Positions 36,701-49,016 of a DNA stretch of 64,000 nt are shown piece after piece. How positions within the stretch are numbered: the stretch's first letter is position 1; each line of letters opens with the position of its first letter. Source of the stretch: Azolla caroliniana (taxonomy: Eukaryota > Plantae > Polypodiophyta); the NCBI GenBank assembly GCA_043228905.1, contig JBHGNT010000005.1, positions 19,158,001 through 19,222,000 on the forward strand, given 5' to 3'. The position numbers and the translations under genes were made by a program. Under the pieces are notes generated by a model. That model searched no databases. It had not been told where the DNA came from and was given only the letters and a program-made list of their open reading frames with translations.

Positions 36701-39700
36701 AATATAAAGTCATGTAAGGTGTGCAAGGAAGGGCAGTAGAGGATGAGTAGCACTTACTTTTTACATGCTCTGCATATAGTGCAATTCTTGAAAGCTATGA
36801 TGATATATTAAGAGGGGGTGATGACTTGAGTGTCACACTAACAAGAACACCCAAAAGGTTGACCTCATATGTCTATGCCTTATCACATGTTGAGACTTGG
36901 TGCTTCAAAGTATGAATATTCCTTTGTAGGAAAAAGACAAACGTCAAGATAACTCTTGTACATAGGTTCCATGGGTCAATATTGGCCTCTCTATGGATTT
37001 TAAAAATATTTATCTATCTATGAGCCAATCATTTGGCAAACCTTATTTAATAGCTTGATTTGTACTAGTCGTTATCCAATGACGAGTTTGTGACATTGTC
37101 CATTTTAAGAACTCACTTGTAATGAGAGTTACATTTGCTGCTTTGCCATTAACCATTTTTCCCGTCATTGACATCCTCAATATCAATGAATGTTTTACAA
37201 GGTGTTTCTGTTGAGATAGGACCGTAAGTAGACGAGAAAGATGTGCTGAAATATTCACATGGTAAACAGAAAACAGCAAAGTACACAGTAGACAGTTTTA
37301 AGTGGAAACCCTAAACACTTGTAATGAGAGTTACATTTGCTGCTTTGCCATTAGCCATTTTTCCCGTCATTGACATCCTCAATATCAATGAATGTTTTAC
37401 AAGGTGTTTCTGTTGAGATAGGACCGTAAGTAGACAAGAAAGATGTGCTGAAATATTCACACGGTAAACAGAAAACAGCAAAGTACACAGTAGACAGTTT
37501 TAAGTGGAAACCCTAAACACTTGTAATGAGAGTTACATTTGCTGCTTTGCCATTAGCCATTTTTCCCATCATTGACATCCTCAATATCAATGAATGTTTT
37601 ACAAGGTGTTTCTGTTGAGATAGGACCGTAAGTAGACGAGAAAGATGTGCTGAAATATTCACACGGTAAACAGAAAACAGCAAAGTACACAGTGGACAGT
37701 TTTAAGTAGAAACCCTAAACAGAGGAAAACCATGGGAACATGTATTCCACTATATCAACAGGAGTACAGAGAGAGAAAAAGAAGATTACAAATCTCTGAA
37801 ACTCAGAGAATACCCAATACCCCTTAGGGTTTACGGCAAGTTCCACTGAACTGTGCCACCGCTCAGTCGCGCTCTCTCGTGTCTCTCTGTTTTCCTCTCT
37901 ATTACACTTAGTACAGGAACTCTTCATTATGTTCTGCACTACACTCATCATTATGTTTGCCCTAGGTGTATTTATACTAATACACAATATGGGCTATTTA
38001 CAAATATAGCTGTTATTATTATTAATAACAATAATAATAATCCCAGTTAAATCAGCTGACTAGTCGACTTCTCTATCAACTATCCAATGGGCCTGACTAG
38101 TCGACTTTCCAGTTGGCCCGACTAGCCGACTCCACTGTCCTTCTTACACTTGAGGTGTCTTTATGCTAGTTTTGGCTTAAAAGTAAGAATTGATTGTTCT
38201 CTCTTGCATTTGGAAGTATTGTCTTTTCTTTCTCTTCACTACCTTTCTATGTTTGTGCCATGCCATGGCCCTTTTACTTCCTCCTTTTGCAAAATCGTTC
38301 CTCATCAAACCAATAATTACATGGGAAACCAAATGTTTTATGTCCAGTGTGTTGGAGGGTGGCAGCTCCAGACCTGCACTCTCTTTCATCTTTATTATCT
38401 TTGTACTACATTCTCTCTCTTCCCAGATTCTTCTCTCTCTAGAATCTGCAACTCTTTAAATGCCTTCTCTCTCTAGAGTCTGCAATGCTTTAAATGCCAT
38501 TTGTCTCTTCCACTTTTTCCAAGATATTCCCTTTTTATTCCTAGTTTATTGTACCTGTTTGGTCTCTTAACTACCAAACAACCATTCCCAATTTTATATA
38601 AATAGGCTTATACCAGCCTCTTTTGTAATAAGATTATTTTCTATTTTGCTACTTAAAAATAAGCTCTATTCCTTGGCTGTGTCTCTACTCTTTGCAACCA
38701 TTTTTTCTACTGCTGTCTAACAGCCTTCTCACAGCTTGGCTGTGTCTATTTTGTTCTAACTCTTCCGCTGCTGCTATTAACAGCTTTTCTCACACAGTGA
38801 CATGCATCTGAATGTATTAGTATCCTACCTTAAGGATAACATCTTTCAAATCTTGACAATTTTCTTTGTCATCATTACTTGGAGAGAGCTTTGAAAAATT
38901 ATTCTCAACTTATTTGAGTGTGTATCATAGCTTTTCGAAATGAGAGATTGAGGAAGGGAAGAGATTAGAAATGAGAAATAAGTCAATCACTGAATCAGGA
39001 AAGAATCCTTTTGGAACATTTAGTTGTTATTTCATTTTGCACACAGAGTTTAATTAATATGACATCTTGCCTCCTTGTACACGAGGTTCTAGGACTGGGT
39101 TGTCATCCAAATGACTGCCGTCTCTCAAACTAAATTCAGACCATAGTAAAAGAGAAAATACTATAAAAACTTGCCAACATATTGCTTTGTCTATTGTGTG
39201 GTAGATACAGGATGTTAGGTTGAGCATCTTGTCAACTGTTCCAAATTTATGGATATAAACTCATTTATCTTCACTGCAGTGTTAATGTGTTGTATTTTGT
39301 TGCAGGTACCAACAATGTCAGATATGCTAAGCTCATTGAGGCATAAACGTTCGAACTTATTGGGAGTTATCTACAGCTGGTTCTTGGCCAAGGTACTCTT
39401 TGTTTATCTTTCCAGCACCGGGATATTTGTTTCATTACTTTCTAATATTGGCCTTAAGCTCTTACCAAGTAGATGGCTCAAAAGATTAAGCATGTTCTTT
39501 TTATTTACTTTTGCAGAAAGGTTTTTAGGCTCGTTTATGGATTTTTCTCAGTGATGTGTTATAGTGAGCTTTAGGCATTTACCTTATCCTCTTTAAGTCA
39601 AGATTTTTATCTTAGCATAAATGCTACACACTCCAATTTGGACTCTCCATGCCGTTGAAACATTATCGAACTGTTCTCCCCAAATACTTTGCAAACTTTT

Positions 39701-42700
39701 GACCTTTTCTTCGCGTGATCATCATCAATGATATAGCTGTATTTTTCGGGGGGTTTCCAAATTTTTCTTCACTTATTGTATCTACATGCATAAATGTTAA
39801 CAAATACATACTTATATCCATGTTTGCACACACATATACACATATTTATCTAATAGTTATGGTGGCAGTTTATCTATCTTCTTCAACCCTTATCAGAAAC
39901 TGTTGCTTTAATCAACTGCTAGTATTCATTATCATAAGTTATCAATTAATATTTTAAGCTTTTGTAACTTCCTGCAGGTTGCATCAAAAATGGAGGTTTT
40001 TCCTGGATCAGAATTTCGTATTGCATATCAAGAGGCCAAAGCATGTGGAGCAAAGGTTATCCTTGGTGATCGAGATGTGCAGGTGATTGCATTGTTCTTC
40101 TTGCACTATAACTTGTGTTCTCAGCATTGCTAAAGTCTAGAAGTTGCATGGAGTCATGTTTATTTCAAGAGGATGAAAGTTATCAGTCTTCAAGGATGAA
40201 AAATTCATTGCCCACACGAGGTTTGCACCAAATCCACCATTATATGATATCTAAAACTTTGCTTGTGTGGGGGATATAATACTGTTCGGAGACTTCTATA
40301 ATACATTTTTTCCAGCATCTATTTCAGTTGACATTTTGAATCTACCACTACTTCATTACAACATTTACTGCATTGTTCTCACAGCATGAAGTAACTCAGG
40401 GTTTTATACACACAAGCAAGCAAGAGCAACCTTCCAACGCCTCATGAGGAAGAAGACTGTCTTTAGCTAAATTTGAAGAGCATGTGTATTGCTAGTTCCT
40501 AGGACAAGAAAGTAAAGAGTATGCAAAGTGTTTAATGAGAGGCAACATACCACACGACTGACCTCACTCAGATGTGCCATGAATATGCAAGTTACTATGT
40601 GGTATCCCAGGGTAGCCCCCACTCACCCACCCACATGGCTCACGCCCACATTAATCCACCTTTTTTACTCAAAATGTAGAAATGCATTGATCGTTTATAA
40701 TTTGGGAAGGGCTAGGATCATGATGGATTGGTAGGTGAGCACTTTATCTATGCCCATGACATCTTGCTCCTGTTGCTAGTACTCATCTTTAATAGAGCTA
40801 TGTGTGAAAGTTTTCCTACTAGATGGACAGAACATACCATTGACCCAATCATAAAAGTTGAGACCCCATGATGCTGAGCAACTACAGGACAATCATGATT
40901 GTCTTTTACTTGGATAAGCTATAAGTATATGGGCAGAGTGAAATGACTGCTGCTCAACTGGACAGGTAGACTTTCGGAGGGGGTTAACAACTTTGGATCG
41001 CTTATCGAGGAGCATAGAGCCCATAATAAGAACATTTATTGCTGCGTTGTGTATTTCTGAAAAGCCTTTGACATGCCGCATTCTCGGCTTCTGCAATGGT
41101 TAGAATCCCTAGGTCCTATAGATATGCGATGGGAAATCTATTGACTGTAGAAAACCATGTCGAGAAAAGTGTGGTCTCCCAATGGTTTGTTAGAGGTTTT
41201 GGCTAGCACAATTCGAATAAAACAAGGATTACCACTATCACCGATTCTCTTTGGTCTCTATATAGATGAGCTATCACATTACATTGAGAGAATTGGGGAT
41301 TTGGAACCATGCTTAGCGGGTATAGCCATACAAACATTACTATATGCTGATGATATTTTGCTGATTTCCAACTCTTTGGAGGAACCACAAAGACATCTAA
41401 ATGTCTTTATAGTATTTTGTGCGGGCAAAGGTTTGTTGATAAACATAGATAAAACTAAAGGGATGGTGTTGAGCAATAGATAAGCATGGGTAAAAAGATT
41501 AGAACCACGGTAACATTCATTGGGCCTAGGTTCTCCTTACGGGAGACTGATTGTGTTGGAGGGTCACAAGTTCATACCTGCACTCTCTTGGATCTTTATT
41601 ATCTCCCCTCTACATTCTCTCTTCTGTACTAACAAAGGTTTGTCAATAAACATGGATAAAACTAAAGGGATGGTGTTCAACACCACTCAAGCATTGGTAA
41701 CTCGATCAGAACCAGAATTCTTCTTGGTCAAAGAAAAGGTGGAATACACACACTCCTACACATACCTAGGAGTAACATTTTTGAAGGCCTAGGTTCTCCG
41801 TACGGGAGGCTGCTTGTGCTGGACTTTCTCGTGGATATGCAGCCCTTGGTGCTCTCGAGAGACAACGTGCACATTTGCAGTTCCAAGTGCCACGAACTAA
41901 GTTGTGGTTATTCTCTATGGAGTAGAAACATGGGGACTGAGCCTTAACAAGATGAATCATTAGAAAGATTTAGAGAAACCACTAGTGTTAATGATTGCCT
42001 GCATGATAAGGAGTAAAGCATCGGTGCCCCATGATATAATCCGGGCAGAGATGGGAGCAGCACCTATAATCACTGAGGCATTGTTCCGATCAGTTACATG
42101 TATCCACCGTCTTTGGAAGCTCCTAAAACAAAGGTACCCAAGGTTGGCACTTATGTCACGAAGACAACTGGCTGAAAATGGAGACATTCGTTGTTGGTAT
42201 GCTGAAATGCAGCAATGGTTCGAGTCACATGGCATAAGTATAAATGCGCTACCCCCATTCCAATATAGCTTGGACTCTCCCCATCTAAATATGACCAAAG
42301 TAGAAAAGAATAGAGTGATCCGCCCCAAATTTTCACTTGGTACGAAGATGGCCCACTACAAGACACACTTCTTACACACATCAGAGGATGGATTCATCAT
42401 CTGGCCACCTTATATGGACATACATCTATCCTATGCGCTGCACAGTGTGATTGAGGTAGACAGATATACACGTATACCAATTTTGTATAAATGAGCTATA
42501 CCAGCATCTTTTGTAAGAACTTTATTTTTGCTGCTTCTTGCAAACAGGGTCTGCTCTTTGTCTATCTCTACTTTTTAGAACTATTTTTGTTACTTCTTTC
42601 TAACAGCCTTCTCACAGCTTGGTTGTGACTATTTTTTCTTCCAACTGTTCTGTCGCTGCTATTAGCAGCTTTTCTCACATGGTATCAGAGTTGTGACATC

Positions 42701-43496
42701 ACTATAGAAGCAGAACAATAGGCATGTGTGACCTTTCATAAACTCTGTAGAGAGAGTTACTGATTTTTTACAAAAGATCACACATGCCTATCTTCTGTTA
42801 TCCCACCCTCCCACGTTAAGAGGAGTTTTCTTCCTTTGCAGCCTCCCTTCCAACCTTGAAAAGGAGTTATCTTAGCAACCACCCTCCCATCCTATAGAGT
42901 AGGTTATCTCATCTAGCATTTAGGAAGGAGTAGAAAGACCTGGAGCATCTACTTATAGCTGCTGTAACCAGTCTAGCTGTAGCTCACATGCCACCATTGT
43001 TTTGTTAAGCATTTCCCAAAGACTCCATTTTGGATGGGAACAGTTGCTTGGATCTTGCTATAGTAGCATCGTCAACAGTGGCAGAAAAATCCACATTGAA
43101 CTTCATCACAAGGAATAGCAAGGCCTCACCTCATGTGTGATATAGATATGCAGAACTACAACATGATATCCTTGGGCAGCGCCCATCCCACATGGCTCAT
43201 ACCCACGTGAATCTACCTGTTTTACCCCACAAAATCTAAGAAAATCCATTTATAGGTTACAATTTGGCAAGCCGAAGAGCAATGCAGGCTGGTTGGTGAG
43301 CACTTTCTCTATGCCTGTGATACCTTGGTCCTTTTGGTAGTACACACTTGGTGTTCCGTTTTAACAAAAAACACAGAGGCTATTGATAGCACTATCGGAG
43401 TAGAACTAGGATGATCTCTGTTTCTATGTAGATGAGGTATCACTTTGCACAGAGAGATTTGGTGGTTCTATATAGAGAGCATGCGTAGGGGAGGGG

Positions 43497-43549
<53 letters not shown>

Positions 43550-46500
43550 GTTGTGACAACAATAGAACCAAACCAACCATGGGCAACACATGGGGCTCCA
43601 ATCACGAAGGGGTTACAATAGATCAGGCAATAACAATTTTTTGTGAAGCATTATCTCATTACCCTTGTCATCAACAGATAAAGGCTATTTTCTCCCATGA
43701 TACTAGGTGCTTCCCTCAGTTCGGAAGTCTCTTAATTCTGTATCTACCTATGGCAGAGAGCTTTTGAAGACAAATTACAATCTATCTGATTTGAGAATCA
43801 AACATGTATAGATAACAGGATTCTCCCAACGATTTTGTTTTTATCTACTTTTTTTCTTGGTTATATCTTGCTTTTTCTCTTTGGAGCTGGCTTATTTCAA
43901 AATGATATCTTGTAGGTAACTTTGAGGAGAACATGGGGCAAGATGAATCTGTGGTACAGAATAAAATTCATCTTCGGAATGGTCTTCCAAGCCATTGCAC
44001 TACCTAATATGGAGGAGCTACAAGAGATGGTAAGCTTTCGTTCAATAGCATCGTTTTGATATGTTATTCACCATAGAATTCCATGCAAATGTTACAATTG
44101 ATTGCTACATAATTAATGGAACACACCCATAGAGTTAAGCACACTCAGTTCAGGTAGCAGGATTTATTAGATGTTCGTTACTTGCAGAAATTCCATCAAA
44201 AGTCAATTTTCAACATATAAAATTTTGGAACTGTTCACTCTGTGAGATAAAGCTTATTTGGTAACCATGAAAGAAAAAGAAAAAAGAAAGAAAAGAAATG
44301 TAGTTCTACTTTCTCTTTCTGGTTTTAATCATCCTGTTCTCACTTCTGAGTATCAAATTGTTGAATGCGTTTTCTAAGTAGCATGTTGGTAAAGAAGTTC
44401 ATGCTCTCTCATCTCTCTTAAGAAAAATCTGCCTATTGTAAGTTTTCCTACTATATACGTTCAAGGTACGCCGTGGATAACAATCGGGAACGGTTCGGTT
44501 CGGTTTGAGAGTGTCGAAACCGAACTGGTTTGAAACCGAACCGTTACAAATTTGTGAAATTTGAACCGAACCATGAAACCATTAAAAAATTTCAAACCGT
44601 TAAAACCGCGGTTTCGTGATTCAGTTTCGGTTTTCAACTTAGGTCAAAATTCAAATTTTAAATTTTAAATTTTAAAGATTTTCCTAAAATGTGAGAATAA
44701 GGCCTGAAAATGAAAAGATTGTTTCAAAACAATTTTTATTTTTTTAATTTAAAAATTTAAATAAAAATGAAAAATTGTTAAACCGTTGAGTCATTAAGCC
44801 GCGGTTCGGTTTGGTTTGGTTCAAACCTTGCCAACTGTTATCCGTGGAGGTAAAAGTGAGTTTATTTCTTAGCTTCTCTTTTGCTCCTAGGTTGTAATTC
44901 TGTTCTCATAGGTCCTTGGCCTTTTTGCATATGTTAGTGTGGCATTTCATTTTTCTTTTCTTTTCCTGTGGGAAATTTACATGACCATTAGAGACCTCTC
45001 TCCGAAACAGGGAAATGTAACAGAGACAATGGAATGCGCTTGATGTCAAGAATCACAAGATTGAATATGGCCACCTCTTCTGGTAATATTTGATACAGCT
45101 CAATATCCTCTTCTTCTAACATATCACAGGCTGACTTTGGCCTCCATTAGTCACAATTGTCTAGTTTTCTTTCTCAATCCCGTTAACACTCCTCACATGG
45201 AATATTATTTGATAGAGCAGTTCAGAAACTGGATACATGGAATGCCTAGGGTGCCCCCTGTCAATGGAGATGTGATGTACTTGCCAGACACACAACCTCT
45301 CTGCCAGTACTATCTATCAATGGAGATATGATGTACTTGCCAAACATGATAGAGACCTATAATAGAGTTCATTTTGTAATATACACACCTCACGTTGTAC
45401 TCAGGATTATTGTTTCCATTAGATCTATCTGGTATTTCTACTGTAGGTTTCCTCATGCTTTGCACCACCTATACTTTGTGACCACATACTTACCACTTAG
45501 TTTTAGGGTTATTGCATTCTTTGAGTTTATTTTACGGTCTTAGATGCTGATTGTAACTTGGTCTCATAAAGCCAACAATTGAAATCACAATGCTGACTGT
45601 TTCTGCCGAGACACTATTAAATTACAATCATGTGCATATATAAAAGCTATTATTCTTACAGCTCATGTATTTGCAAGTTACATATATCATAGTTCTGCAG
45701 AGACACTATTAAATTACAATTATGCGCATCATAGTTTTGACTGTTTTCACAGAAACACTATTAAATCATGTATATGTGCATGCATAAAAGCCACCATCCA
45801 TATAGTTCAGTTTACATGCAAGTGATTGCCTAAAGAACTTCAAATAAGACGGTAACCTGCATGAGGATTTCTTATTTCTCAATAAGGCGCTGTACATTGT
45901 TCTCCAATAATTGACTGACGAGCCTGAAACAAGGAGCAAAAAAGGAATCAGTTACTTTTGGCATCAGGTGCTGCATGAAACATAATCTCCAAATTATAGC
46001 GCTTGCAAGCATAATAATGTATTTCCAAATATTAGAACATTTTAAACTTTTTGCATATGTGCATGCTTGGATTGTGAAGATTGTCGTAAACATGTAATCT
46101 CCGAATAAAAGTGGGCTCGCAAGCTTAATAATGTATATCTAAACGTTAGACGTTTTAAGCTGTTTGCATGTGTGCATGAATAGTGATGATGAACACATTT
46201 TATGCATTTTATCTACAGGCGGCATTTTACAACAATTGTATTATTACTGTGAGTTGCTATATAAAACTTCAAAATATTCAGTTGCATCAATGAACATAAA
46301 TTTTCTTGAATTTCAGATTGAGCAGTTGCAAGATGCAGATATGTTTACAGTGGCTTTCCAAGAATTAGGAAAGTCATTCCCTACTGTCATGGAGACATTA
46401 GTGATTGAAAGAGATATGTAAGCTACTCTTTTCTATTGCACTCAAAAAACAGTCTGGTCAATAAAATGATACCTATGCAAATAAAAGCTCCCTAATCTGT

Positions 46501-47373
46501 GGCGTAAGTTACATATATCATTTGGATTGAATGTGTTGTCTCATCTTCCATGTTATTTAATGCTAGAGTAAATATCACTATAATGTATTGCTCAATGCAG
46601 CTCTTGGAGCTTTTGCTTTCAACATGCATGACACATGTACTACTTTCATGATTGTGGCAAGGAAATCTAGATTGATATATCTGAAAGGGCGAAAATAGTT
46701 CCACTCGTTCCCATATTTGTAGTAAAGGACAATTTGGCCTTTAGTATTTATGCTAACATAGAGAACTCTGTCTTTCTCTTTCGATTTATGCAGACGTCAT
46801 AAAAGTTATGGGTTTTCTGTCGTGTGCATATATGAACAGATAATCATTGATACATGATATACAGAACATCGTGAAATTTAGATCCACTATTGTGTTCTAG
46901 TTTTATTGAATGCAAGAGTGTTTCATGCATATGTTTGATTAGCTATATGTAGTTTACTCTCATGTAAAACCAAGCTTGGGATTAGTTTTGTCCTCGTGTT
47001 AATACCTGAAATACCTTTGTTCAGGTTCATGACTGCAGTGTTACAAAAGATCTCTGAAAAGCATTCATCGGTTGTCGCAGTGGTTGGCAAAGGGCATGTT
47101 CCTGGTATAAAGAAATACTGGGAACAGGAGATCTCGGTGAGTAAGGAATCAATGGATGTGAATATCTTGTGAAATATTTCATTGAACTTGTATTTGTTTC
47201 TAGACTATTGTGATAAATCTTTGGAACTTCGTGTTCTTTAGGTTAAGAGTTTGATGGAGGTCCCGAAGAAGGTACCCTTATGGACAACAATTCCTAAATA
47301 CTATATCCTTGTTCCTGTAGTTGCCCTCACCGGTGCATTTTTTATACGTGCATATCGGCCTTTCTCGATGTAA
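24750..47373 (+). CDS. TraB/PrgY-domain (TRABD-like) tail-anchored protein, 412 aa, 10 exons
   Basis: Exons 24750-25070, 33635-33793, 33871-33918, 33983-34042, 39306-39392, 39978-40082, 43916-44029, 46317-46417, 47025-47136, 47242-47373. All junctions GT-AG, total 1239 nt, open frame. Family motifs [29 protein letters not shown] and VVGKGH. C-terminal hydrophobic anchor [16 protein letters not shown] followed by R..R. Confidence 0.92.
25290..26550 (-). mobile_element. LINE reverse-transcriptase fragment in TraB intron 1
   Basis: DFRKAFD-like text at ~26530-26550, [39 protein letters not shown] and LLYGVETWG. Confidence 0.85.
26700..29975 (-). mobile_element. Decayed Ty1/Copia element D (PBS at ~29887-29898, LTR end 29899-29975)
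   Basis: TGGTATCA PBS on - next to an LTR ending CTTTTCTCACA. Degenerate gag, integrase (FWGEAVNTA), RT (IGLKWI, KDVKS) and RNaseH remnants. Confidence 0.75.
29975..32820 (+). mobile_element. Decayed Ty1/Copia element E, same family as D, opposite orientation
   Basis: [14 protein letters not shown] knuckle, [52 protein letters not shown] and TRPDLSY. Confidence 0.85.
32191..32248 (+). mobile_element. ~58-bp 3'-terminal LINE/SINE fragment inserted in the RT of Copia E
   Basis: Interrupts the RT text. Flanked by a TTCTTTCTCT duplication and resembles the LINE 3' end at ~36962-37020. Confidence 0.55.
35770..37020 (+). mobile_element. 5'-truncated LINE (RT C-terminus, Cys/His finger remnant, CTAT tail) in TraB intron 4
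   Basis: [25 protein letters not shown] and [15 protein letters not shown]. Degenerate CxxC..EDE.HLLF.C at ~36710-36770. Ends TATCTATCTAT. Confidence 0.8.
37118..38148 (-). mobile_element. Solo-LTR-like element with a triplicated 202-bp end
   Basis: TGTAA...TTACA inverted ends and TATAAATA on - at ~37968-37975. The 202-bp unit repeats at 37114, 37316 and 37518. No TSD seen. Confidence 0.6.
38150..38795 (+). mobile_element. LTR of the Copia D/E family (solo or partial)
   Basis: Ends AACAGCTTTTCTCACA, as at 42679 and (reverse) 29899. Internal GTTGGAGGGTG..CTCCAGACCTGCAC also occurs at 29975. Confidence 0.65.
40500..42490 (+). mobile_element. Fragmented LINE of the same family as 25290-26550, with an internal duplication
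   Basis: [32 protein letters not shown]. The DKTKGMV block is present twice (~41430 and ~41640). [11 protein letters not shown]. Confidence 0.85.
42490..43100 (+). mobile_element. LTR 3' half + PBS + leader of the Copia D/E family
   Basis: ...TTTCTCACA followed by TGGTATCAGAG at ~42680. The leader matches the reverse complement of ~29500-29890. Confidence 0.75.
44469..44850. mobile_element. MITE in TraB intron 7, probable TA TSD
   Basis: Imperfect TIRs (C..CC..GGATAACA.T.GG at both ends), flanked by TA on each side, with dense GGTTC/GAACC/AACCG motifs. Confidence 0.65.
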
Positions 47374-49016
47374 TGGACACTTGTATTTATTCATTCTACC
47401 TGATCTAAATTATGAGGTGTAACAAATACTTTTGTCCGAGTCCAAATCAAAGATGAAAATCTGTGGATGAATGGTTGCACTAGATATATATGGACATTAT
47501 TGTATATCACTGACCTCAGTGATTGCTCTTTAAATGAGGTGAATGAGGGAATGATTCACTTCTTTTGATAAGGGCTTTATGTTCATATATATTAGGGTTT
47601 ATTCTTTTATTCTTTTGACAGAAGTATTTTTGGGAAATGTGTCTCGATCAAATGTTTCGCGCCTTGAACAAGATAATTGGACATGAAGTTTTTAATGGAT
47701 GTCAAAAACATATTTAACTGGAGGGGTAACATTTTTTCTGTATGTCATGGTGTCCCCCAAACTTCAGAGTAATATCAGTGCTGTGAAGTATTTGCTCATG
47801 TTCTTAATGGTCATTTGTTGTATAGTTTAAAATTTCCCTAACTAGACATTCAGTTCATGTATTCTTCGTTCTAGTTTAATGATGCTGACAATTATTTTCT
47901 GTTTCTTTGGTTGGGTAAACTATGACTGCTTGTATTTCCAGTTCTCCTAATTGTATGATACTTTTTTGTTCACCAGGTTATCTGAATAGCATCATCGGTG
48001 TTGTTGAATGTCTATATGTAACACTTGATTATTGGTGGTGTTTAGGCATTTGTTTGGTTGAGTAAATAATAGCATGTTTATTGTGTTTCAGATTCTGCGA
48101 TACCATGACTTGCTCCTAATATTCTCTATTGTTTTGTTGTCATGGGTGTTTGAATATTGAATAAAAAATGTCCTATCAATTTGCTACCTAACAATCTGCA
48201 AATCAGGAATAGTCAAACAGGGTACAAATGTTTATCACATGATCAGGTGTAATATCAATATAGGACTCTTGTAAATGTGAGGCATAATTTGGACATAATC
48301 TAGGATCTTGGGTAAATGTACCAGCTACTGTGGAGAGAAGCAACACATAAAACACTAAAAACAAAGGCCATCACTTTGATTGTTAAGATACTTATCTATA
48401 ATGAGGCTGAAAACTATTCATCTTGAGAAACGAATAAAATATGGGGTTTTTCTGAAGCAATGCTACTGGGAAATAATAGAGGTTAACTGTTATTAACATG
48501 TATTTATTAATATGATATTCATAATGGAAACAATAGAGGTGAACTGTCATTCACATCTTGTGTATATGAATATGGTATTTATATCAAGGAAACAATAGAG
48601 GTAGGTAAACTATAATTATCATCTTGAATTTATTAATCCCAGTATATTGTACAATTTCAGGGTATCACCCATGTGTATTGAACTTTAATTTCTTGGTTTC
48701 AGGAGATAATCAAGATAGGCTCATGGCAGAAAGCAGGCAGACCAATGGTGAATGTCGACACATCTTGATACAACCATGCTACCTGTGAACAACCACAGTT
48801 ATGAGAAGCGCCTGAAATGCCATCTAAATAAATCAGTTATTAAATGGTAAAAAATGGAGCAACTACCAGGCTGAGCTCCTGGTCACAACACCTGGAGTAT
48901 TGAAACTTTGAGAAAGAACACCACAAAAGGTTATGAGTGGTGCTAGCTGAAATCCGCATACACTCGATATTGAGAGCTGTTGCTACTGTTTCTTGTCCGA
49001 GGAGACCCAACTTTTA

